DNA of 20,000 bases, from NCBI GenBank assembly GCA_905331295.1, contig CAJNYD010000070.1:61477-81476 (forward strand), written 5' to 3'. Under the pieces are notes generated by a model, which saw only the letters and a list, made by a program, of their open reading frames with translations, ran no database searches and had not been told where the DNA came from. The stretch is from Rotaria socialis. Its lineage: Eukaryota. A program made the translations under genes and the position numbers. Shown here piece by piece: positions 1-10,252 of this stretch. Position 1 is the first letter of the stretch; the number at the start of each line of letters is the position of its first letter.

Positions 1-36
1 TTTTTTATTTCGAATTCGAATAGAATTATATTTTAG

Positions 37-701
37 TTATAAAGATTTTTCACCCTTTGATTTGTATAAACTTCTTGAAAATGTTCAAAATGGTTTACAT
101 CCAATAACAGGCTATCGTCTATTATTTCCAACTCGTAGTACATTAAATCTCTTAACAAAATCTCCAATCTCAGATAAAATTCTAACACCATCATTACCTT
201 CATCAACTATATTAAATTAAGATAATGATTTAGCAAACACACAATCAATAACAGATTCATTAATTTTTTATCCAATAAATACAAATGATCCAAATTCAAG
301 AACATTAGTAAATAATGGAATTAAATCACGGAATAGTACAACACTATATGAACGATCAATTTCGGTAACAAATGTTTCTGAAACTACTACTAATGATTTA
401 ACATCAAATATAATTAAAAATCGACATCATTATCAAATAGTGATAAGAAAGAAAATCGACGAATTATTGATATACATCGTTAAATTAAAACAAAAGAAAC
501 TGGCTCGTGTTTGGTAAAGATTATCTATTCGAATTAATTTTAAATATTATTTTTCCTTTTTTCTTCTGTTTTAATATTTAGTTATTTATTAGTGTAAAAT
601 TTCAAGATCGATTACAACGTGATATGACAGCAGAAATTGAATTAGATGAAGCACCAAATAGTATAGCAAAAGAATTATTAGAACTCGGGTTAATTCATAA
701 A
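37..701 (+). pseudogene. NRBP1: Nuclear receptor-binding protein (NRBP/MADM) homolog, 3' exons, apparently disabled
   Basis: Exon 37-513 (after ttttag) starts YKDFSPFDLYKLLENVQNGLHPITGY, resembling NRBP ELDKFLEDVRNGIYPLTAF. After intron 514-581, exon 582-701 reads LFISVKFQDRLQRDMTAEIELDEAPNSIAKELLELGLIHK, resembling the NRBP C-terminal LLLKLEDKLNRHLSCDL...LAAELVQLGFI. Lesions: in-frame TAA 218-220, a frameshift probably in the A-run at 416-420, and TAA 481-483. No convincing terminal exon was found. Confidence 0.75.
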
Positions 702-953
702 GTAATTATTTTCTTTAAAACCTATTTCATCGATATATGCCGATAAGTCAATGTAATAATTATTAATAAAAAACTGAAAACTGAGCTGGAGAGACGCGGG
801 CTTCTGATATGGGAGGGGGTTTACAATGATTTTTACATTATTGAAATTATTCAACTAAAAAGTAATTGTAAAGTTGGTCAAAATTTGCTTTTTCGTAGAA
901 AAAAATTCATTGAGAATGTTGAATAAATATACTCAATTTACGGACATTTGACG

Positions 954-976
954 TATGAGTATGAGTACGAGTACGA
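954..976. repeat. Short hexamer tandem repeat (GTAYGA)n
   Basis: gtatga gtatga gtacga gtacga seen directly. Confidence 0.7.
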
Positions 977-1588
977 ATGTAATTTTTGAAAACTTTTTGA
1001 CAATGATGCTTTAAGATACGCATTTTTATACAATAATATGCTAGGAATTGTAGATGCGGAAGATGAAAGAGAGATAGCCGTAAAGATACAGTTTCATAAA
1101 TAAATTAAGGGTGAAAATATTAAAAAAAATATATTTTAATTTTAGTCTTGGTTTATTCAGACGGATAAAGTCCTTTATCTGATCTTGCAGTTTTGGTTAA
1201 CTCACATAAGTGGCCATTTAATTCACAAGGAGAATAATGTTTCACCCTCATCGTTGAATAAGAATAATCTATCTGTTAGCTTAAGATTCAGCTCTTATTA
1301 TATTTGATTTGGGTAAATAAATCAGGTTTTTCATTTCCTTTTTTTCTCAGAAATATTTCATCTGTTTTGATCCATTTTTGGAAAAAATACGAAATTCTTG
1401 TATTTTTTTAAATCTTTCTATTACAAAATTAGTGAAAGCTAATTAGGTGAACGTAATAGATAGGACATTTTTTTCGATTCAACGATGTCGAACATTTTAT
1501 CGCTATCCAGATCTTTTATATTTTTCACTGAAAACAAATAAAATTATATGATTAGAGAAATGGACGGATAATAAACGCTTCACACGCG

Positions 1589-1606
1589 TTCTAGAAAATT
1601 CTAGAC
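1589..1606. promoter_or_regulatory. Heat-shock-element-like motif
   Basis: TTCtaGAAaaTTCtaGAC gives three perfect alternating nGAAn units plus a near fourth. No target gene was identified. Confidence 0.3.
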
Positions 1607-1964
1607 ACAAATCTCCGCCACGTCGTTCACTGTTTGTGTTTGAATGCAGTTATTCGTTTCTCTCGTCGTTTCGATTTATTCATTTCTCTTTTTCTCTCAT
1701 CGCTCTATAACACATAAATATTAGGTGAAGCACAATTTTTTCCCTTTCAGTATTAGCCACTACGTATACGGCAGAAGTTATATTCGTAAACTTGATAACT
1801 GCGTTCATCTATTTTTATCGTACTTGAATTTTCATTGGTCTCAACTGGTTCATCGTTCAAATGGTATGCTATTTTTTCCGCTTCCTCTTCCGTTATAGCT
1901 CCCATTTCTGTATCATTATCCTTTGAGTAAGGATAAAAAAATTGGGATGGCGATAACGGAAGAG

Positions 1965-2157
1965 CCCAGACCGAACAGTACGGTCCGTATACGGCCGTTG
2001 ACAGTTACTTTACGACTATTTTACGGGCGAAAGTTTGCCGTAATATCTGGCGCAGTAATACGGACCGTATGATCATGAGAGTACGGAGCACAAACAGCCG
2101 TAAACCATGAAAATTCAGTCCCGTTTACGGTGTCGTATTACTGCGCCAGGTATTACG
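1965..2157. mobile_element. CCCAG-ended MITE (CMC/EnSpm-like), left part running into the gap
   Basis: Starts CCCAGACCGAACAGTACGG and is highly similar to 6519-6658. Internal inverted repeat 2039-2062 vs 2134-2157 (1 mismatch in 24). Confidence 0.8.
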
Positions 2158-2257
2158 NNNNNNNNNNNNNNNNNNNNNNNNNNNNNNNNNNNNNNNNNNN
2201 NNNNNNNNNNNNNNNNNNNNNNNNNNNNNNNNNNNNNNNNNNNNNNNNNNNNNNNNN
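2158..2257. other. Assembly gap (100 N)
   Basis: Run of exactly 100 N. Confidence 1.
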
Positions 2258-3335
2258 CGCGAAGAGAAGGCGTGGGTATGGATGTTGGTAAGTCAGGATT
2301 ATGAATCTGTTGTACTTAGTCACGCAAAAGAGCACACCCACACCCGGGGTGGAAAGTAATTCAGCCGTTGTTTAATATTCTGCTGTTAAAAAAGATAAAG
2401 AAATGTTTAGTTGTTGAAATAGAAAAATAAAATAACGTTAATCATGCAGGGAAATCAATTTCACCTCGTCGAAAATCAAATGCACTTTTTCTGAAGGATG
2501 CCTGATTTACCATAGAATCCTTATAACGGCAATCACGTAGTATGGAAATCAGGATTGAGCTGNAGGTGCGATATTCCAACTGCTTCTATAATACAATTTG
2601 GCTATGGCTATTTAATGACGCTTTATTATATATAGGTGAGTGTGCCTTTCATTTTAATATTTTAATTGTCTTTTTTCATGCGAAGATTGATTTGTATCAA
2701 GCAGTACTTTCAATTAGTGGAATTAATAATAACTGTTCAATGTAAGAGTGAGCAATACATTGCCAATATTAGTAATGTCTTCAATAAGAACTGTTCTCCT
2801 AATCAATTACTGATTTTCCGTTTAGATTCTGGCAAAAACATCTTCAAAACAAATGAATGGCTCTATAAATGAAATTTGTTCGCTATCTTTGAATTAAACC
2901 CAACAACATGGTCGAGCACAAATATTATTGCAAGTAAGTGAAGCAATTGTACGATTTCATAGATGAGAGTGTAAATAGGTCAGGAACTGGATCTTCGAGC
3001 AATGATAACCCTGAAGAGTGCTACTTTAATACTACTAAAAGTTCAATATTTAGTATAAGTTTAGATAACATTTTGGAAGAATCATATGATAATTTTACTT
3101 TAGCATTTTACGAGGTTAGGATGAAATTCTAAGGAGTTTCTGAGTAAGATAGATGGATTTAGAGGCTTTCTGGATGTATTCGTTTTAAACCGCTAACTAC
3201 AATCCTTTACGAAGTTGCTTTGTTTTCTGGTGATTTAATTAGGGTGTGGGTGTGGGTGTGCTCTTTTGCGTGACTAAGTACAGCAGATTCATAATCCTGA
3301 CTTACCAACATCCATACCCACGCCTTCTCTTCGCG
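2258..3335. repeat. 88-bp inverted repeat pair (2258-2345 / 3248-3335) around a ~900-bp spacer
   Basis: The arms are reverse complements with one mismatch. Each ends internally in a cacacccacaccc / gggtgtgggtgtg tract. Confidence 0.9.
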
Positions 3336-3339
3336 AGCT

Positions 3340-3585
3340 ATTTACCAAACCTTTTTGAATTCGAAACTCAAAAAGGTTTATGACAAAACTTATTGTAAAT
3401 CACAAATTCGAAATAGTTCAAAATGAAACCTTTTTAAATTTCGAAACTTTTAAAAGTATATTACAAAACCTTGCATTTTACAGAACCTTGTAAATATTTC
3501 GTATAAATCCATGGAAACTAAAATAGTATAGTACAGCTCTACGAAACCTCGAAGGTTCCGTTTGGCACCTTTTTTTTATTCAGTG
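3340..3585. mobile_element. Partial MITE with CACTG-type end
   Basis: Ends ...ggcaccttttttttattCAGTG and contains repeated palindromic aaacctttt..ttcgaaac..aaaagg units. A matching left terminus was not seen. Confidence 0.45.
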
Positions 3586-3703
3586 CAGTTTGTCACAGGA
3601 ACGAAGACTCTTAGTCTCTTTCAGACAAGACAAAAAACGAAGAGCTCACCTTGAAAGAAGAAATCACTCGACGAGCTCTTGTGAAGGTAAAAACTAGAAA
3701 AAC

Positions 3704-3800
3704 TGTGGGTATGTGAGTGTGTTTACGTCCAGCAGCGATTATCGGGATTTCGTCCTTGAGCGTGTGTAGGGTGCTAAAGCAAGCTCTCACACCCATACCC
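3704..3800. repeat. Degenerate head-to-head telomere-like hairpin element
   Basis: tgtgggtatgtgagtgtg ... ctcacacccataccc. Confidence 0.5.
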
Positions 3801-4048
3801 AAGAATTCATACAATTAAGCAAAATAAAATCAACATATTATAAATCATTTCATGAATCTTGATGAAAAACAAAATATTACGGAACAAAATAAACATAAAA
3901 ATCTCTACTTGCCATATTTAGAGAAATTTCTATTTCTAAATAAAAAACGATAAAAATTAGTAATCGAAATGTAATATTTGAGTTGCCCTCAGAAATCATA
4001 AAATAAATTCAATCGCAATCTATAAATACTGAAATATTTGAAACATGA

Positions 4049-4105
4049 GGGTGTGGGCGTTGCTCTTAATCAATAATCATCACACCCACACCCACACCCA
4101 CACCC
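4049..4105. repeat. Head-to-head telomere-like (GGGTGT / ACACCC) hairpin element
   Basis: gggtgtgggcgt, a ~20-nt spacer, then c(acaccc)4. Left flank is TGA. Confidence 0.8.
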
Positions 4106-4926
4106 AATTATGGAGTTGTACATGATTTTATTTATAAATGTCTACCAGATATTATACTTATGCTTCGATTGTATGAAGCCAAATTAGGAAATACATTGGC
4201 GGGTCAAGTTATCGGTAAAAAATTTATGAAATTCAAGAAAAACTATGTTTTTCCGAGAAAATTCTATTGCAATAGAATTACCATAATTGATCAACTTTCG
4301 TTTTCGTTATGCTTTCATTTCTTCTTATCTAATTACTCAATTTTGTTTTATTCCATCTTTTTTTTTATTAATAATAAAGTGATGCATATTTGATCCATAG
4401 TTTTTACTTCTTAGTATAAAGATAATCATTAGTATCGTATTTAATGCATTTTCACTACTATCACTGAGACAGCCATATCCAAAATGTTTTTGCCCTGTAT
4501 TCCTCTTTACTGATAGATAATTTAAGAATATTTCGCTATCTATTGATCATCACATCATCCAATAAAATCATTGCCTTATTCCGAATAAATCGTCCTGTTT
4601 GGCTAGCTTCACTTCCTACGGCCGAATGCGTTCTAGAAAATCATGAAAAATTTTCTAACTTTGATATTGTTTTTTAATTAAAAATAAATATATGAAAGAT
4701 ACATTTATCTCAAAGTGTGAACAGACTATGCGTTTGTTTTTTCGTTCTTTCAGTTCATCTCGATTGTTATTGTTGTTTCCTTAGTTTATGTTATCGTTAT
4801 TCATTTATATGAAAATAAGCCACGATTCGTCCTAATAGTACTAAACATGAAAAAAATTGAAGAAATGATTTGTTAATAAGGTTTTTTGTTTTTTTACAAA
4901 TAAGAATTTATTATTTCTTTTTTAGA

Positions 4927-5969
4927 ATGGAATCTCCACGTCAAACTGAAGGAATATTTCAATATCAACATCAATCGAATACAAATGAACGAATAAGTCA
5001 AAAATGGATTCAAATTTTAGGAAATAATTACGAAATTTATATTAGTGATATTTATAAACCTGATAATGATACACTTGGTTTAGCACTAGAAGGTACAATT
5101 GATACTGAAAATGGTAAAGAAACGGATACACATCATTATATAAGAACTATATTGCCTGATGGAGTTATTGGCAAAGAAGGAACGTTAAAGCCTGGCGATG
5201 AACTTCTTGAAGTAAAAAGTATTTATTCGGTTTTTTAATTTTTTTTTCCTCTTTTCAGATTAATACTCAAGTTTTATATGGAAAAAATCATATGTATGTT
5301 ATTGAAATTCTTAAATTATTTAAACATGAAATAAAACTTGTATGTGCTCGTCGTAAAATTCAATAACTTATTGAAATAAATGGAAAAACAAATCGAAAAA
5401 GAAGTCATTCAACATCATTTGATAAATCAACTGGAATTGTTCATAAAGCTAAAAGTATGGTAACATTACATTCAACAGATACAACTTTATCTCAAACAAC
5501 TAGAACACGCTCATTAGAAGCCTTTTCAAATTTAGCTCTATGGTCGAATTCTACATTAAATATTGAATTAAAGAAAGTTGATCATGATTTAGGAGTTTCT
5601 TTACATGATTATCAAGATCCATATAATCCAAGTAGTTCGCCTCTTATTGTAGAACGTCAATTAGTACCTGGTGATGTTGCACAATTAGATGGAAGTATTC
5701 CTCCTGGCAATAGTTTGACAGCTGTTAATGATGTAACACTGGAAAATATGAATGTAGATTATTCTATTAACACACAAAAAACGATACCAAACCGCCCAGA
5801 TAAACTTACTGTATCAAAATCATCACAATATCCGAAAGTTATAAATGATAAAGATAATGATGATGAAGTAATAACTCATAGTTTCCAAGATGTTAATAAT
5901 AATAATAATCAACGTTTATCACGCATTGGTAAAACCAAAACAACAGCACAAATAACGAATAATCATAAG
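4927..5969 (+). pseudogene. PATJ: Patj/MPDZ-like two-PDZ fragment with an in-frame stop
   Basis: Exon 4927-5211, intron 5212-5258, exon 5259-5969 (donor gtaaga). The first PDZ, LGLALEGTIDTENGKETDTHHYIRTILPDGVIGKEGTLKPGDELLE|IN...KLVCARR, and the following RSLEAFSNLALWS...DYQDP match the PDZ pair characteristic of Patj/MPDZ. There is an in-frame TAA at 5364-5366, and the second PDZ has non-conservative changes (GLGF>DLGV, PGG>PGD, GD>GN). Confidence 0.75.
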
Positions 5970-6450
5970 GTAAGAATTCTATTAATAGATATTTAAATTT
6001 TATGCAAAATGATAAATTTTTAAAGTCAGTGTTTAGTTATTCGAATTGAATGAATAGAAATCGAGATAGACTAAGGTCATATTATATTTCCGGTCCTATT
6101 ATACGAAATGTTTACAATTTATCAAATCAATACATGTTTTTGCTATATGCTTTAACTTGAATTCCCCACTTTACCTTTGTGCCCGTACTAAAAGTAATAC
6201 TCTCACCACCGTATATGAGTACCTGAGTGTACATAGTTACGTCCGTTAGAAATAGGTATTAATTAATACATAAAAGAATAGCCAATATAAACAATGGCTA
6301 TTGTTTTTCCTCGTTAGTCGTCAAGACAAAGACAGAAGAGCATGAGCATCGACTATCAACGCTATACATATATATATGTTCTCAGCCTTTTTTTATCATT
6401 CATATTGTTATTATTAAGTAGTTCATAAGGTTATTCTCAAGAATTAAATA

Positions 6451-6848
6451 ATGTCTGAAAAAGAAGTAATTAAAAGATACAGATATATATGTTTATTTTT
6501 GATTAATTTTTATATATACCCAGACCGAGCAGTACGGTCCGTACACGGTCGTTGACGGTTGCTTTAGGACTACTTTACGGGCGAAAGTTTGCCGTAATAT
6601 CTGGCGCAGTAATACGGATCGTATTATCATGAGAGTACGGAGCACAAACAGCCGTAAATATACCGCTTTGACATCGTTTACCGTCGATAAACAAACAGTA
6701 AACGAATCCGTTTTGATCAACCTGGATATAGAATACGAATTCTCAACTATTAATACAAATGGAGAAGTTACGACAACAACTGCTTCAATGTGTTATTTCA
6801 TTGGATTATTATATCGATGAAATAAAAAAACTGGTAAATATCAACTAG
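6451..6848 (+). CDS. Putative spliced 43-aa helical micropeptide (or a downstream exon of the Patj-like gene)
   Basis: Exon 6451-6465 (MSEKE, donor gtaatt) plus exon 6732-6848 (NTNSQLLIQMEKLRQQLLQCVISLDYYIDEIKKLVNIN-TAG). The intron is 56 nt once the MITE and one TA are removed. AATAAA lies near 6942. Confidence 0.4.
6519..6726. mobile_element. CCCAG-ended MITE (CMC/EnSpm-like), internally deleted copy
   Basis: TA|CCCAGACCGAGCAGTACGG ... CCGTTTTGATCAACCTGGA|TA: imperfect TIRs and a 2-bp TA duplication. Same family as 1965-2157. Confidence 0.85.
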
Positions 6849-7284
6849 ATTAGACACGTCCTTTTTTTTCATGTTTGTCATCTTTTTTGTCTTACATGAT
6901 GTTCTTTTGTTTTCTTTTTTCTTGTTACTTAAATTGTTTGAAATAAATAGAAAAAGAAGAAACAAACACTGTTTATAGCAAAGTCATAAATATCATGTTA
7001 GGGAAATAAAGGTACCTTAATGAGAATTCAATAAGTTTTAGACATCAATGAAATAACTATTGACCTTTATAGAATCATTATAAATATGTTGTGCTCTTCT
7101 ACTTGTTGCTAATTGAATCAAAATTCAATGAAATATATCTTCAAATAAATTATATTGATGAATAATGATTATATAGTCTTGTTAATAGACAATCAATTTA
7201 TGTTCTGCTACTGCATAGTTGATCGATATAATCTTTGTTTAATTCCATCATCTAAACTAAATCGGATTATTTTTATGTTCACTA

Positions 7285-7880
7285 CACACTAAATAAAAAT
7301 GCGTCGGCTGTATGTGTCGTGAATTTTTGTGTTGTGCTCTCCATTACAAAAATGTGTCGTAAATTTTTGTGTCGCACTTAGAATGAAAAAAATGTGTCGT
7401 ATATTTTTCGCGTTCTGTCAGTCGACTAGTCGTTCACCGTTTTGTTATGAACATACAGCGACATATAAGCAACATCGTTGAACGCATGGAAGATAAGCTC
7501 TCGAAATAAAATTTTCTTTGAATTTAATTCTTGATTACTTTATAATCAAGGAATTGCCATCCCGATCCATGATCCGGGAAGGACTACACTGGATAGTCTG
7601 ATAGGAATCGGACCAATTACAAATCAGCCAGATCTTAGGATCTGATCAGATTGACTTTTCAAAAAATAAAGAGATATATATAATTTAATTAAAAAATATC
7701 GAAATATGCGTTTCAAAAACAACCAATGAAAATGTGTCGGATGTGTCGTGAAAAATGCGTCGTGGTCTTGCTGGACAGAATGTGTCGCAACGAGCACCTC
7801 ATGTCGTACTCGAATGTGTCGTGATTTGTGTCGTAGTTTACGACACATCCGACACATCCGACACATTTTTACTTAGTGTG
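7285..7880. mobile_element. CAC-ended non-autonomous DNA transposon (CMC/EnSpm-like), 596 bp
   Basis: TA|CACACTAAATAAAAATGCGTCGG ... CCGACACATTTTTACTTAGTGTG|TA: ~23-bp TIR with 2 mismatches, a TA duplication, and many subterminal TGTGTCG/CGACACA motifs at both ends. Confidence 0.9.
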
Positions 7881-8470
7881 TAGGGTTTGATAACATAATT
7901 TAATCAGTAGAATGAATATGCGCGATATTTATAATCAAACAAAAAAATTCTAAGTGTAAAATAGAAAATGTTGAATCATACATAAACCTTATTTAAATAC
8001 ATTTTCATATAAGCGCTATTGAGTTGCGTTCTACATGATCTGAAAATTTTGTAGCGATTTTTTTCGAGAGAAACCATCGGTGACGTCACCGATCAGCACG
8101 CTCATAATTTTCTTTAAAAAATAACAGCATGAAATAACAGTTCGAATGTCTTCTTGATCGAAATACAAATAGCTTGCGATAATTCAAATCTTACTATGAC
8201 TACCTGATTTTGCTTTCTAAAACCCTAAAATGCAATCAACATATTTCTCTGTTTCATGGCTAATGTTTGAAATCAATGAACATCATGCTGCGCATTTAAT
8301 TGAATGTATTTAATATGGTAAATAAGTACCTGACCATAAAAATTGCTACCAAAAAGAAAAAAAAACCTTTTTTTTATTTATTGCGATCAAATTACCTAGA
8401 TAAATAATTTGGGTGTGCATATGTGTGTTGAAGTTATACCCACAATTTTTATTTGAGTCTTATGAATCGT

Positions 8471-9466
8471 TTAGTTATTTTTCTCTAGAAGATCTTTTCT
8501 TAACCATCGTTCCCATGCCCATGGTATACCGAATTCTAATTGATGTGTCGCTGACAACATTTGTTGTAAACAGCAATATCTTTGATTAACAAATGATCGA
8601 ATAGCTGAAGGTCGATGTGAACCAAATTGCACAATTCGAATATATTGAATTAAATTTGTTTTGATTAATCGTTCTATGACATCATATTCGCAACCTTCAC
8701 AATTTAAATGTATTAAATTTAATTCTCCAATAACAGTTTGATTTATCGTCTTTGATAGTATATGAAATTCGAATAGTATTTCTGCAGCATCTCTCAGAAT
8801 TAACTTGTATTTCATTTCATTCATTGGATTTTCTTTACTTTGTTGTTTTCCAATTAAAGTCACAGCTTGTGCTTCTTTAATATCTTGTAATGTTACATCA
8901 ATAAGATCATTTTTATTCGATACACCAATCTGATAGAAATGATGTTTGCCTGTTTGTAATTTTTCAAGTATGGCCTGCGAATGAATTAATTTATCGTAGA
9001 ATTGTGCTACTGGCTCTAAAAACCAAACTTGACAATTTTCGTATCGATTAATAAATTCTAAACCATCGGTACCAGCGTCATTGGCTCCACAATATAGTAC
9101 TTCACATTTATTTGTGCTTGCGATAAAATTCTTAAAGGGTTTAAAACGATCATCTGGATTCCAATAAAGTGAAGCATTCACTAATGTTTCATTAACAGTA
9201 CTTAGTTGTTTCTTGAGAAAAAGAACAGTTTCAATTCCAATTGAGACGCTCTCGTAAGGTAGTAAGTCAGTAGTATACTTATAACATTTTTTGTATGAAT
9301 CCATCGAAATATCACATGATGCACTCTCAATATCTCGCTTTATTTCAATATGACGATCATTATCGACGTACACTGGACTTGGACTAGGATTATCTGTAAA
9401 CACACGGGAAACAATCCATAATGAAGTGAATATCAAACAAAAGTATATCACAGTTCGAATCTTCAT
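8471..9466 (-). CDS. FkbM-family (Methyltransf_21-like) SAM-dependent methyltransferase with an N-terminal signal anchor; intronless CDS
   Basis: ATG at 9466 follows a ttttag acceptor. Hydrophobic VIYFCLIFTSLWIV, then motifs VLYCGANDAG, FLEPV, IGVSN, LIHLNCEGCEYDVI and C-terminal WERW. Confidence 0.85.
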   Translation of the reverse strand: MKIRTVIYFCLIFTSLWIVSRVFTDNPSPSPVYVDNDRHIEIKRDIESASCDISMDSYKKCYKYTTDLLPYESVSIGIETVLFLKKQLSTVNETLVNASLYWNPDDRFKPFKNFIASTNKCEVLYCGANDAGTDGLEFINRYENCQVWFLEPVAQFYDKLIHSQAILEKLQTGKHHFYQIGVSNKNDLIDVTLQDIKEAQAVTLIGKQQSKENPMNEMKYKLILRDAAEILFEFHILSKTINQTVIGELNLIHLNCEGCEYDVIERLIKTNLIQYIRIVQFGSHRPSAIRSFVNQRYCCLQQMLSATHQLEFGIPWAWERWLRKDLLEKNN

Positions 9467-10183
9467 TCTAAAAATCAAGTGAAAGAATGTCTGTGAAATA
9501 AAGTCTTCAAATTACAAATTATTGTTTTTTACTTGTTGTATTTGCACCTGTTTTCTAACATGAAATAATGTTGAGAGACTAAAAAATCACGTAAGTGTAT
9601 CGTTCATGAAAGAAGTGAAGAATACTTTATATGTGCAATGGTCATGCATGAATAGTGACAAAATCGCGTCCAAAGAAAGAGAGGGATAGAATAAAAATAT
9701 AATATTTTATAATGAATAATTTTACTGTGAAAGTTCAGTTGAATGATTCTAGACTAGTGTAATCATAAATCGAACATTTTGAATAGATCCAAATGTTAAA
9801 TAGGACGATACTCGAATATACACAACCAACATATTCTAGTCTCGTATTACGAGTTGTCAAAATAAACTGATGAAACCAGATGGTGGCGCCCTCTCTTATG
9901 TACTATTTTCAATGGCGTACACCATAGATCAACAAACATATGAACAGCATAAAAACTGCATTAATGTGTTACAATAGTTCATGTTTATTTGTATTTCAAA
10001 TATCGTCAATCTTTACGTATATTTTTTTCTTCTTATATCCAAAAAAAAAGTTGGATATTGAATATCATCTGTTTTCTTTTGTTCTTTTATTCAAGACTTG
10101 TTGGATCTTCTAAATAATTTATCAGTAAGGTCACTGTGCCTATCCCGATCCAATCTTCCCTATTTCCACTGTAATAGACAACG

Positions 10184-10218
10184 ATGACATCATCCGATGA
10201 TGAATATGGTCAACCATC

Positions 10219-10252
<34 letters not shown>

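Noticed and set aside
2107..2341. ORFs spanning the N run
   Set aside because: Artefacts of the gap and of repeat sequence.
2542..3132. Short ORFs inside the inverted repeat as a transposase
   Set aside because: No recognisable DDE or other motif, and no coherent spliced model could be built.
218..5366. TAA reassigned to Gln (ciliate-like code), since all three internal stops are TAA
   Set aside because: hnRNP K, the methyltransferase, the Ly6 gene, the 419-aa gene and the ART all terminate at TAA at sensible C-termini, and intact genes have no internal TAA.
7624..7866. 80-aa ORF MCRMCRMCRK..., and ORFs 6493-6720 and 6629-6820
   Set aside because: These are translations of MITE repeats.
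7285..7880. CRISPR-like array of TGTGTCG repeats
   Set aside because: The repeats are short, irregularly spaced and bounded by TIRs and a TSD, in a eukaryotic context with no cas genes.
9877..9890. CTCF-like motif ccagatggtggcgc in the divergent methyltransferase/hnRNP K spacer
   Set aside because: It has two mismatches in the core and occurs once, so it cannot be supported from sequence alone.
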